Assembly: GCA_028534125.1 (NCBI GenBank)
Contig: CM052824.1
Coordinates: 60,140,001-60,204,000 of the forward strand
Direction: 5' to 3'
Source: Lama glama
Taxonomy: Eukaryota
DNA: 64,000 nt
A program made the position numbers and the translations under genes. This document shows, piece by piece, positions 1 to 11,290 of the stretch. Positions within the stretch are counted from its first letter, which is position 1; the number at the start of each line of letters is the position of its first letter. Below the pieces are notes generated by a model. The model saw only the letters and a program-made list of their open reading frames with translations. It was not told the DNA's origin and ran no database searches.

Positions 1-479
1 CACACCACTCTGGGCCTCACAACCTCCCTGGGCCTCGCTGTCCCCTCTCTGCCTCCGAGAGCGGGTCTCCGTGCCTGGTGCTGTGCACGCTGCCGTCCAT
101 GTGCCTGTTCCGAGTTTACAGTGGCTACTGTGGCAGTTCCACCAGGCACTGAGCGTCAGCCCACGTGTGGGCCCGCTGACCATCAGGAAGGGACAGGAGA
201 TCCACAAACAGGCCCTCCCCGGCACAGAACTTTGTCCTGCCCCAGGGGCGACCCTGCAGGCTACCCAGCGGCATCTCAGACTGCAGAGACTAACTCTGCC
301 GCTGCGCAACCCAGGCTCAGTGAGTGGCTACCCACGCGGAGCATAAAACAAAGTCTGACCCCAGCCTCCCTCCGTACTCACGGCCCACCGTGTCGGGACT
401 GAGGGACTGAAATTCGGAACTGAAACGTGAGAACTCCAGGAGGGACGTGGGGGCACTCTGACCTGTGGAGAGGGAAGGG

Positions 480-1290
480 TTTGTTCACTGAGACACGAGA
501 GGAGACTGACCCCTCTGGGCTCCACGCCTCCCTCCCTTCGTCCCGCCGAGTAAGATTTCGCCCCCCGCGTGCTGTGGGCGTGTGCCCTGGGTGCGGAGAG
601 AGCTTGGCAGGACGAGACTCCTCACCCAGGCAGCCCCGCTGGTGCCTGTGCCTCTGTGGCTCCTCCCGGACCACCCCCACCCCGCGACCCGGACTCCGAC
701 CCCCAGTGCCGCTCAGGACCTCGCGGGAGAGTCCAGCCCCGGGCTGGCCGCAGGGCGGGCGTGGCCGGGGCTGGAGGGCGAGCAGAGCCGCCTGGGGGCC
801 GTGCCGGGGGTGTGCGAGGGGCTGCGCCAGCCCGGCTCCCCAGGGTCGTGTATCTCTAGCGAGGGAAGGTGGCTCCGAGCAGTTAGTCTGGGGAGGAGGG
901 CGACGGGGGATGGAATCCGCCCGGGCCGCTTCGCTTCCCGTAATTACCGCGATACCCTCCCGGAGTCGACCGCAGGCACAGCCATGGGGGAAGCGGGCTG
1001 AGACCAGAGGAGTTAAGCCGGCAGGTATTTTGAGCCCGCAGGGTCAAGGGGATCTGCAGGCTCCCCGTCCAGCGTTAAATGATACATACTTAAAGGATTG
1101 CTCTATTTACATTAGAATTAGTCCAGCAGACTGACACCAAGGAACTGCTGGCTTCCACGTCCCAAGGCCGGTAACCCCCCCGTGAGCCTCCCGGCCTAAC
1201 CCACCTGGGCGCAGAGTCACGGCCCAGCGGCTCCCGGGGCCAGCCGCCTGCTCCCCGCGCTTCGCCTCGGCCTGCCGGACAGGCTTGGGG
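480..1290. promoter_or_regulatory. CpG-rich segment with AT-rich enhancer-like core
   Basis: Elevated CpG; TAATTA at 941-946 and AT-rich block 1,070-1,125. Confidence 0.4.
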
Positions 1291-3644
1291 TGAGACCCGT
1301 CCACAGTGAACCAGACTGGCCCCCACGGCCAGCAGAGCCAGGACCCTCGCTGCGGCGGGTTTGTGGAGCCCTTCATGGGGACGCCCCTCGACTCAGAGGG
1401 GCTTTGCTGTTGAGCACCTGGCTAACGTCCCCAACAGCCCCGAGAAACGGGCGCTGCTTCCCAGGCCCCCGCCCCCCAGGCCAGAGCAGCGGCGTCCATC
1501 TGCACTCACATGGCTTCTCCGTCTGCGCCCTGCCGAGGCCTGAGCTGCCCACCCCAGGCCACCTGCCCCAGGGGCTGCCTGCCTCTGCCCACGCGGCCAT
1601 TCTGCCCCTCCAGCCAGGACTGGGACAGGAACCCACGCCCACCCTGCTCCCTCCGGCCAGGCAGGCAGGGCTGTGCTGGCACAAGCTGGCGGGGGCCACG
1701 CGTGCCCAGCAGGCCACGCCAGACCTGCAGACCCAGCTCTGTGCTGCCCACGGTTGAGTGCGGACCTGAAGGGCCTGGCCGGGCCTGACCCTCTCTGTGC
1801 GGGCCCCGTGGGCCTGGAGGGTCAAGAGAAACCTGGGGGTGTCCTCCCTGCCCACAGCCCACGAGCAGCCTCTCAGCATTTCCTGCAGCTCCACCTCCCA
1901 GCACCCCGACAGCCCCTCACCTGGCCCCGCCTTCACACCTCCCCTGATCCCCGGGGGCCCCTCACCTGCACCAGCCCACTCTGCTCTGGAGCCGGGGTGA
2001 TTTGACAAGTAGGACCAGGCTCAGGCTCCCCCCGGCCGGAAGCCCTTCGGTGGCGTCCCGTCCCACCCGCCCTCCTAGCGGCCCTCAGCCCCCAGCCCGC
2101 CCCGCAGCCTCATGTCCACACCCTGCGTCTCCAGTGCCCCAAGCCCTCCACAGCCCAGGCCAGGCGTCCCCGCACCCCTGGGGGGCAGCTTCCTCCTTCT
2201 CGCGGCCTGTGTCTCTCCTCCAGGCTCCACGGGGAACCACCTGCCTTCACCCACAGGCCTGGCCATAACGTTTGCAGCCTGGCCCCCCACCCGCTCGCCA
2301 GAGGCGCTCTCTGAGGACAGGACAGGATCCCTGAGCCCTGATGTACCGGCTTCCTGCCTGGAGAGCTCCGTCCAAGGGGGCCACACCAGGAGCTGGCTGG
2401 GCCTTCCTCTAGGGTGGGGATGGGCCCTGCCTCAGCCCCCGACAGTGGGGAAGCTGGGGACAGAAACTTCCAGGGGTCAGGGTGAGGACTGGGCCAGTCT
2501 GGGAGGCAGCCCCCCAGTGGGGACAGAGGTGGAGCCCCCAGGGATGTAAGGACAATGGCCCAGGCAGGGGAGACAGAGGCTTACGGGGCTGGGGGGCCCT
2601 TCCTGCCCTGCCTCCCCTCCTGGGCCTTCGGTGGCCATCTTGGCCTGGCCGCCTTGAACACCCCACCCACTCCCGTCCCTGCTGAGGACGAGGGGGGCAC
2701 GGGGCTGGACACGGACATGGCTGCTCGCCCCTTTCTCCAGGAGGGACGTGCAGCCCCTCGGAGGGGCTGATTAACATGCTGTTTGTGGGCCAGCTAGGAA
2801 TGCCATTACAAGGAGGCCGGGCCTGCCCAGGAATGCATTTTGAAGGTTACCATAGGGATCGCCAGCCTATTCATCCGGGCGCGGTCTAATCACGGTCATG
2901 AGGAAGGGATTGGGGACAGGCTGCGGGTTACACCGATGACACACGGGACAAAGCCCCGCACTCCCGCCTTAACCCTTTGGGGTCCAGACCAGTGGCCATG
3001 GGAGGGCCCCCCTTCTCAAGTCAGGCCCAAGCTCGCTGCCCAAGCTGCACTTCCAGAAGAGTCCACAGACCAGCCACTGGCTGGGACGGCACCCAGAACA
3101 TTCTAGGACGTGTTGTCCACCAGAGCACCTGTCTGTCTTTGAATGGACAGTGGGAGTAAGGAGCGTTTAGGACGGAGGTGAGCAGCCAGGCCCTGCTCTG
3201 GGCCAGGCCATGGAGGAGACAGGACAGCCACAATGGCCCAGACAGGGGGACAGGACAAAACGGACACGGGGCCCTCGATACACAGAAAACTGCAAGTGTG
3301 GGTTTACCCCCCTGCCCCCCGGGGAAGTCCAGTCGGGGGAGGCCAGTGGGCAGGACAAAGTGGCCTTCTCCAGGGCAGAGCCCAAGGGGCCCAGCGTGTG
3401 GCCTCCAGGACTCTGGCCCTCACACCTGGGTGGAGACCAGTGGTCCCCATGCTGGCCTCCTGCCACGCAGCACCGGGGAGGCCTGGCTGTCCGGGGAAGC
3501 GAGCCGGCCTGTCCTCCCACCCCCGGCACTCCTGAGCCATCGCCTCTGGTACCAGCTGGTCCAGAACAGTCTTGGCCCGTCCCGCCCCCAGCCCTGCACT
3601 GCCAGTGCTTTCCCTTCCGAGAGACTCACCCTGAGATCGGCCTC

Positions 3645-3740
3645 CATCTCTCACCCGTGCCTGCCCAGAGCATTTACTGAGTGCCTACTGGATACCAGAG
3701 CTGCTAGGAGCCAGGACGAGCAGGAGAACCAGCTTCTGCA
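3645..3740 (-). mobile_element. L2 LINE 3' end fragment
   Basis: AGCATTTACTGAGTGCCTACT...CCAG matches the reverse of the conserved L2 tail. Confidence 0.55.
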
Positions 3741-5159
3741 TGGGGGCGGGGGAGAGGGGGCAACCTAGACATGTACCGTGAGGGTCAGGTGACACGTGGG
3801 GAGGGCAGCGTGGGCCCCGGGGGGAGGCTTCACGAGTGGGGTCAGCACGCAGAGGACAGGTCACGTCACAGGAGCGGGGGTGCGGAAGGGGGTCTGGGAG
3901 TGGCAGTGAGCTCGTGTCCCGAATGTGCGGAGGGGTCGGCAGGGCCACACTGGGCACTTCTCGGCCCCCTAGCAGCCGCTTCCTTGTCCTGCGTCCCTGT
4001 CCCCCACGGGGCTGAGGGGTTGGCGTGGGTACCCCCCAAGACCCCTGAGAGGTGCACACAGCCCCAGGCGGGTGGACTGGCCACGGGGAGAGGCAGTTCT
4101 CCCCAGGCTGTCCTCGGGGGTGCATCTCAAGCCCCGGCTTGGGGGCTCCCACCTGCTGGAGGTGCACACACTGTCCCGGCCCCCCACCCCGAGAGATGTC
4201 CATCAGACCCCCCTACCCCATCCTGGCACGAGCTCCACTCACTGGCGGGAAACATGTGCTTCCAGCAGGGCAGCCCCAGCGCACAGAGACCCCTGCCCTC
4301 TGGTGCCTTCCTGCCAGGACAGCTGTCCCCCGGCTGCCTTCTGCAGGCCGCCTCCCGGGTCCCCACAATGCTGCTCGTTAGCTGGTCTTCTGAAAAGCCG
4401 AGAGGGAGGGCGTGCACTCGGCCCCCAAGCCTCACTGTTCTCAGCAGACCTCGGGGGACCCTGTCTCCGTGGGATCCCCATTCAGCGGTGACCCAAGGAG
4501 CAGTGTGTTGTCAACACGCCTTCACCGGGCCAAGGAGCAGCCTTGGGAGGAGGAAGGCAATTTGTTTGTGAATTTTGCCTTTTGTTGTGGAAAACTGCTG
4601 GGTTTTAAAAAATTGCGAAGGTTTGAACCGTCACCTCCCAGGGCAGCCCCGCCCTGTGGATGGAGAGGCTTCAGGATGTGTTTATTTCTTTAAAGAAAAA
4701 AAAAATACAGAACTGATGGTAAGTAGCCGTATGCAAATTTCCTGGGGCCTGTTGGTTTCATTCTCTTGAAATCCTATTGAAAAGCCTCAACTTCACAAAA
4801 ATGAGAAAAACTGTGCTCTCCAGTCCAACCCTGGTTTCCACGGCTGTTTCTCAGGTTCCAGCCTCTCCTGCAGGCTCTTCGCCCTTTCAGAGAGGAGCAC
4901 GTGGGCTGACCGCAGGTTTCCTTCCCCGACCAGAGCATCTGCTCACGGGGCAGCTGCCCCGGGGTGGCCGCACGCAGGCTCTGCGTTCAGGGCACCCCTC
5001 GTGAGGGGCTCCCGCCTCACCCCTCGAGGGCCTGGGCCATCCTGGGTGCCCAACCACAGCCTGGCTTCCGGGGGTGCGTGGAATAGGATCACAAACAATG
5101 GCGCTCTGAGAGGCTCTGGGGCGCAGCCTCAGGTCAACGTGCATCTCGGGGAAAGGCGT

Positions 5160-5535
5160 TGTTTTGGGTTGAATTGTGACCCTCAAGTTTGTATGTTGGA
5201 GTCCTGACCCCCGGACATCAGAATGTGACCGTATCTGGAGATAAGGCCTTTCTGGGGGTAGTTAAGGTAAAATGAGGTCGTGGGGTGGGCCCTCATCCCA
5301 CGTGACTGGTGTCCTTGTAGGAAGAGGACATCAGGACACAGACAAGCACAGGAGGACGAGCAGGTGAGGACACCCGTGGAGGATGGCCGGCTACGCACCA
5401 AGGAGAGAGGAGGAGCCAGCCACGCCCACACCTGGAGCTCAGAGCCCAGCCTCCAGGCTGGGGGAGAACAACCATCTGCGGGTTAAGCCACCCCGTGTGT
5501 GGAGCTCTGTGGCGGCCGCCCAGGGGTGCAGCACA
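5160..5535 (+). mobile_element. MaLR solo LTR (MLT1A/MLT1B-like)
   Basis: TG...CA termini. Hallmarks TGGGTTGAATTGTG, CAGAATGTGACC, GGGTGGGCCC, TGACTGGTGTCCTT, CAGCCTCCAG, TTAAGCCACCC. Degenerate 5-bp flanks GGCGT/GGCTC. Confidence 0.9.
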
Positions 5536-8500
5536 GGCTCGAGGAGGGGCCGGAGCCACCCTGCCCGTCCTGCATTGCCCTCTCAGCCCGAGAGGGTTGG
5601 GCTAAGGGAGGAGGTGTTGAAGGCACCCGGGCCCAGGCTGGGATGCGCCCGAGGGGATGTCACCACCGCGCAGACACGCCAGGGGCTTCTGGGCTGAAGG
5701 AAGGCCTGTATTCAGTGCACACACGAGCTCTCTTATTCGACGGTGATGTTCAGAAGTATGGGCCATCACTGACGTCCAAAATTGTGTTATTGGCCAGTGG
5801 GGCGTGATCGCCTCTACAGTAAGGAGAAGGGGAGGAGGGGTGGGAAGCTGGAAGTTCCAGCACAGTCCTTGGCCTGCTGCACAGGGTGCTACAGTGCTCT
5901 CAGCTCGGGAGCTAGGACGGCGGGGGCCCCTCGTCCGGGGAGGGATGCGGGCAGGAGGTGTGCCCAGCCAGGGGCTCGCATGGCAGAGCATCAGGCCTGT
6001 GAACCTGGGAAGCTTCACACCCAGCACAGAAAACCCTGGCTAACACATCCCCAACACCTGGAGACCAAGGTGTCAGACATTCTGAATCCAACAGCGCCTT
6101 CCAGGAGAGGCGCCGGCGGCGCCCCGAGTGGCTGGTCAGAGCTGGGGACCTGGCCTTGAGGGCTGACGGCAGACACCCTCAATCGAGACCCCTACGCACT
6201 GCAACCCCCGCGCCCAGGCGTCCCCCAGTGACAGCCTGGCCCCGCACTGGCTCCCTCCGGACTACACCTTGGGCGACTGCTCCATGTGCAGCTGTCCCAG
6301 AGACCACAGCGAGGGACAGCCAGGGAGGGGGGACCTGCAGGAAGACCAGGCGTGGGCCTGGGTGGCCCAGGCACTCTGTCTTGGGATGGTTCTCCATCAG
6401 TAAAATGGCATCACCTGGGGATTCCCTGATGGCACTGAGCAGGGCGTCAGTGTGGCCCAGGGGACCCCTGGGATCCCGGTGAGGGGCTGCACTCCTCCTC
6501 CAAATGCCTGGTTTGTAAACTAGGGCCCCCAGGAGGTTCAGGTTACAAAGGAGCCTGCTCTTCTGCCCCGGGTGAAGGAGGCAGATGGGGCCACCAGGGC
6601 CAGCTGTGTTTTGAGGATGCTCCCAGTCCCCAACCCCAGCTCCACCGCTGGGTCCGTCCAGGCTGTGAGGGCCTGGAAGGGGCAGGGATGGGGCAGCTTG
6701 TCTAGAAAGTTCCAGATGGGTCAGGTCAGTGCCCCTGCTGCTCCTCTCCAGCCTCTGGCCCGCCCTCTGACCTGGCCGAGCTCACACCCTCTCTGGGCCT
6801 CTTCCCTGGACGGGTCTGCCGGGGGCCCCACAGGTCCCAGCCCTCCTCTCCCAGGCAGGTGAGCTGCGAGTCCCACGGCGCAGAGGGGACCCCGGACGGC
6901 GCCCACCCTCCCTGCAGGGAGGCACTGCTGCCCCCAGGTCCCCTCCCTGATGGCTCCTGCTCGAAGGTGCCCGGACGGCCGCTCCCACACACGTCCGCTC
7001 ACGCATCGGTGTGGCCGCAATTCAGCACAGATAAGCCCCTTTAGAAACGAGGGGGGATTTAATTCGGCGTCTGAGTGACAGCACGAAGATTTATCCCCTG
7101 CCCAGACAATGCAGCGCTAGGGCTCTAATCTCCCCCAGACAATGCGCGGCCTCTCGGCCCTCGACGCGGGCTTTTCCCACGACGCTGGTGATTAGCTGAG
7201 GTGCACTGGACAGAAGCCACTATCTCTCGGGAAGCGTGTCCGAGCCTCCGTCCAGGCCAGCGGGGAGGAGGGGAGAAGGCGGCGCTCATCTGGGCCGATC
7301 TCTGTTCCCAGTTAGAGGGGCACGGCCAGGGCTGCCCTCAGCACCGTCCCAGGTGCCCAGCAGGCCAGGTGAGCCCAGGTAGGCACACACCTGAGCAGGA
7401 AGCAGGCTCCACTGTGCAGTCACATCCCCCACGGATGGGGCAGCCCGTCCGACTCAGGATGGCCTCTCCCCAGCTGGACACCTGCCCAGGTCCTGGCCAT
7501 TTTTAGGAGACTTGTGGCCAGTGATTCCCCCCTTCCTCCTCCTGGAAGCCCCAGGCCAGAATGCTAGCACATGACAAAGTGATAGAAGTCACCTTGGAGC
7601 GAGCTCTTCCCCTTCCGACGGCCCAGCCTCCTTCTTTTTCCCTTGGAGGGTCTCCAGCCCAACCACCAGGACACCTGTCACATCCCTCCTTCCCTGTGCC
7701 CCTCGGAGGGGAGGGACCACGTTCACCCGTTATCTTCCGCTCCCACGAGCCCAAGTCCAGGCGGGCCCGCACACCTAGAATCAGCCAGGCGCCCCCCCGC
7801 TCCCTCCCTCTGACCTGGGCAGCTGCATCTCTCCTCCTTCATGGGACGTTACAAGGGTGCACCCTGAGCTACGAGGGGAGTGGGGGGCTCAGGGCACCCG
7901 CCGCAGAAAAGCTGGTCCCATTTGCTCCCCAGGCCTGCGGGACACCACCCAGGAGGCACCTGTGGAGGGCTGGATGTCTGTGGGGCACCCACGGCCCCGC
8001 AGTGAGAGTGCAAGACGCCTGTCACCTCCCTTCACGACCACCACGCCCGGAGTGGAGCTGGGGTGTGAGGGCGGTGCTGCAGGGGTGCTTCCCCCACTCC
8101 GTCTCTCGTTCCTCACCCGCCCACAATGCACCAGGGCCCAGGTCTCCCACACCCATCCCCTGACCCCTGTTCCCACCGCCACTCAGCCACTGGGTACAGG
8201 GTCCCCCGGGAGCCAGCCCAGCCCGCAGGACCAAGCCCTGGGGTCTTTCAGAATCGGGCTCCATAGGGCGTCCCTCACCGGGATCTTCTCCCTTCCCCCA
8301 TCCCCTTTCTTCTCCCACGACCCCTCCCGGGGGGGCTTGTCCACCCAGACCTGTCATCTCCCAGGGAGGCCGGCTCTGCAGAGATGCCCCCCACCCCGCA
8401 CTGTGGCTCAAGGTCGCAAGCCCCAGCCACCACTTCTGCCCTCAGTTCACTCAACATACGTGTGGTGCCCCCGTGGTCCAACAGCCCACCTCCCGGACAC

Positions 8501-8619
8501 GCGAACCTCCACCCCGGCCGGGGGGTGGGGGATGGCCCAGCCTGCGGCCCCACAAGAGACGGCACCGGGCAGAGAATTTAACATAGTAGCAGAGGAAGCT
8601 AATCGCCGTCTGAGTTTTA

Positions 8620-9420
8620 TCACCACAGGGGGCCACCCCAGACGGGGTCGGGGTTCCGTGTCCCCTCCCCGTGGACTGTCGGTCCGTGGCGTCCACACAG
8701 ATGCAGAGTTAGGCTGACACACCCGGAAACTTCCACCCAGCAAGCGCCCTCCTCCTGGCCGCCCCGTGCTCTGCGCGGAGGGAGCCCCTGCCCGCACGCC
8801 CTGCTGAGGGGACCGGGGCGCTGGCTGTCGCCGGCCCTGTTGGGCCACGTGTCCCGGCGCCTGACCCGAGCCTGGAGGCAGCGCTGGCCGGACCCGCGAA
8901 GCGGGCGGAGCCCACCTGACCGCCTGGAGGTCCCCGCTGGGCCACGAACCAGAAAGGGTGAAACCGCCAGCGGCAGAGGCTGGCCGGCTGGTCCGAGCAT
9001 GAATGTTACGAGGTGAGAGTCTCTCCCGGGGCTTAGTTCTCCTAAAGCTAAAGAACCCATGCAGGAAAGGACAACCGCGGCCGGTTACGGCCGGGTTTTG
9101 ACTAAAAGCGGTTTTGTGGCGGAGAGCAGGGCAGCGTTCCGAGTGACCGCGGTGGGTGTCAGACTCCGGGCCCGCCACCTGCGGGACTGTCTTCGCCTCA
9201 TTCTCCCTAAATCCTGCTGTCCCTCCGGGCCGGCGTCCGGGGGCCCCCAGCCCGATTCCCCCTTCTCGTGGGCCGGCTGGACCTGATCGGTCTCTCCCAC
9301 CAGGCTGGTCACTCCTGAGGCCGGGGACACCCTGACGCGTGTCCCGCACACGCGAGCGCCCACAGATGCCGGCCACGTGGCTGACTTTAGTTCTTCCAGG
9401 TGAAGCGTCCGGCGGACGGA
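8620..9420. promoter_or_regulatory. Intronic CpG-rich island
   Basis: Local excess of CpG (e.g. CCGCGGCCGG, GACCGCGGT, CACGCGAGCG). Confidence 0.5.
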
Positions 9421-10975
9421 ATGAGCTTGGCCATTCCCCAGGCTCAGCACCCCCCAGCCCCCAGAGGCCAGCCGCACCTGCAGAGCTGCCCCCGCCTGAC
9501 CCGGCCCCTGCTCCCGGCCCCTCCTCCCTGCTTTGGGAGGCAAGGATCACACCCCCAAAAGCCACGAGAGGCAGAAAGGGATGCCCCTGCCACCCGGGAG
9601 CACGAGGAAGCCGCTGGCTCTGCCAGGACTGGGGCAGGAAGTGGCTTCCGGTGGAAGACCCTGCCACCCAGATGAAGTCATGACTCTGAGATCCTTGTGA
9701 GTGATTTGGGCCCATGGGGGTGCTCTCTGCTCCCCAGGACCTGGCTCCTCTGCTGTTCTGCAAACCCCTCACTCCCAGGCCAAAAGGGGGTGTGGTGGGA
9801 GGTCTCCCGGGCAGAGGGGTCACAGAGACACAGTGGCCCCCGCCCAGGCGCAGCAGGTGTTCTGGGGAGGTGGCCAGCAGTAAGCCCCTCCCGCCCAGCC
9901 TGGGGGTCCCCACCCCAGGAGGGCCTGAGGGGGAAGGCCCGGAGCTGGCGGCCAGGGAGCCTCACTCCATCCTGCCCCAGCTGGTGGCCACACCAGCCCA
10001 AAAGAACCCACTAGGCTGAGGGAAGGGGAGCCTGGGGAGAGAACCCTACCACCTCGGGCCATCCGTCCCATCCCCTCTGGGGGGGCCAGACACACTGGAG
10101 CCAGTGGGCAGGGCCCTCAGCCAGGGCCAGGGGTCGGGGGACATCAGTGTGGTGCAGGGCAGAACCAGCCCCCAGAGCAACCACATGGCAGCCTGGGCGT
10201 GCCCCCTTCCAAGCTGGGAAGGACCCTTGGCTTCACAGAAGCCCTGCCCGCAAGGGAGCGCAGTTGGTGGAGACGGCGCCGGGCAGCTTCTGTACCTTAG
10301 GGGCCAAGGTTGGGGTGGGCGGGGCAGGCCACTACTGAGAACTGGCCGTGGGAGGACCAGGTCTGACCCCCTCCCCAGGGAGGCCGGGTCCTGGTGGACA
10401 GAGGGCTGAACTCCGCTGCGGGGGGGGCGGGGCTGCCTGTGTTACAGTAATGGACACGGAGAAGGGGGGACCTGGGGAAGGTCCTGGAGAAACCCCTGAC
10501 CCAGTCTTCCCGCAGCCCTGGCTGCCGTGGCGGCTGCAGACCCAGAGGGGGATTCTGTCCGTGCATCCTCAGGTTCCTCACCTGCCTCCAGCACTGGAGC
10601 AACGTGCCTGGACCACCTTGAGAAACTCTGCAAGGGGCCGGCCACATGCTGCCAGCACCACACCCTCCCCACCACCAGCCACCTCCTCAGGCCCCCAGCA
10701 GGGCTCAGGGGCCAGACCTGCAGAAAGCCACCCCCAGGCAGACGGGGGAGCAGCACAAGGAGGGAGGCCGGCTGGGAGGTGGGCGTTCTGGGGGGTGAGT
10801 GGGGAGGGTGATGGGTTTTCAAGGTCATTTCAACTGTGGTTCAGGCATCAGTGCTTCTGCAAGGGGAGTGGACCCTGGCCAGGCCTGACTGCTTCGTTAA
10901 CCCCGGGGGAGACTGGGATGCAGAGACGCAGCCTTGCCGCGACTTTCTGGCACGGGCGGAGGGGCGGTGACGAGG

Positions 10976-11074
10976 TTTACTTACTTAATTACTTACTTAC
11001 TTATTGAAGAGGAGGTACTGGGGATTGAACCCAGGACCTTGCGCATGCACTCCGCCACGAGCTGTATCCTGCTC
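10976..11074 (-). mobile_element. Camelid tRNA-derived SINE (Vic-1-like)
   Basis: Reverse strand reads ...ATACAGCTCGTGGCGGAGTGCATGCGCAAGGTCCTGGGTTCAATCCCCAGTACCTCC (A and B boxes) followed by a (TAAG)n tail. Confidence 0.85.
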
Positions 11075-11129
11075 GCCGCAACTTTATTATTGTCATGAGG
11101 CTGGAGGACGGCGCTCCAGGGCCTGGTGG

Positions 11130-11290
11130 AGCCCGGCTGCTCTCAGCCACCCTGCCCAGCGAGCATCCTCACACCCACCCTATAGACACGGAAGTAGACC
11201 TGAGAGGTCAGGAAATTCGCTCAAGATCACACAGCCCATGGCGGATGCGTCAGAACCCAGAGCTCTTCCAGCCAAGCCAAGCCCTCTCCT
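11130..11290 (-). mobile_element. MIR fragment
   Basis: CCCTATAGACACGGAAGTAGACCTGAGAGGTCAGG...CAAGATCACACAGC...AGAACCCAG resembles the reverse MIR core. Confidence 0.55.

Noticed and set aside
8447-9913. 488-aa minus-strand ORF
   Set aside because: GC-driven G/P/R/S composition, overlaps many other ORFs in all frames, no domain similarity.
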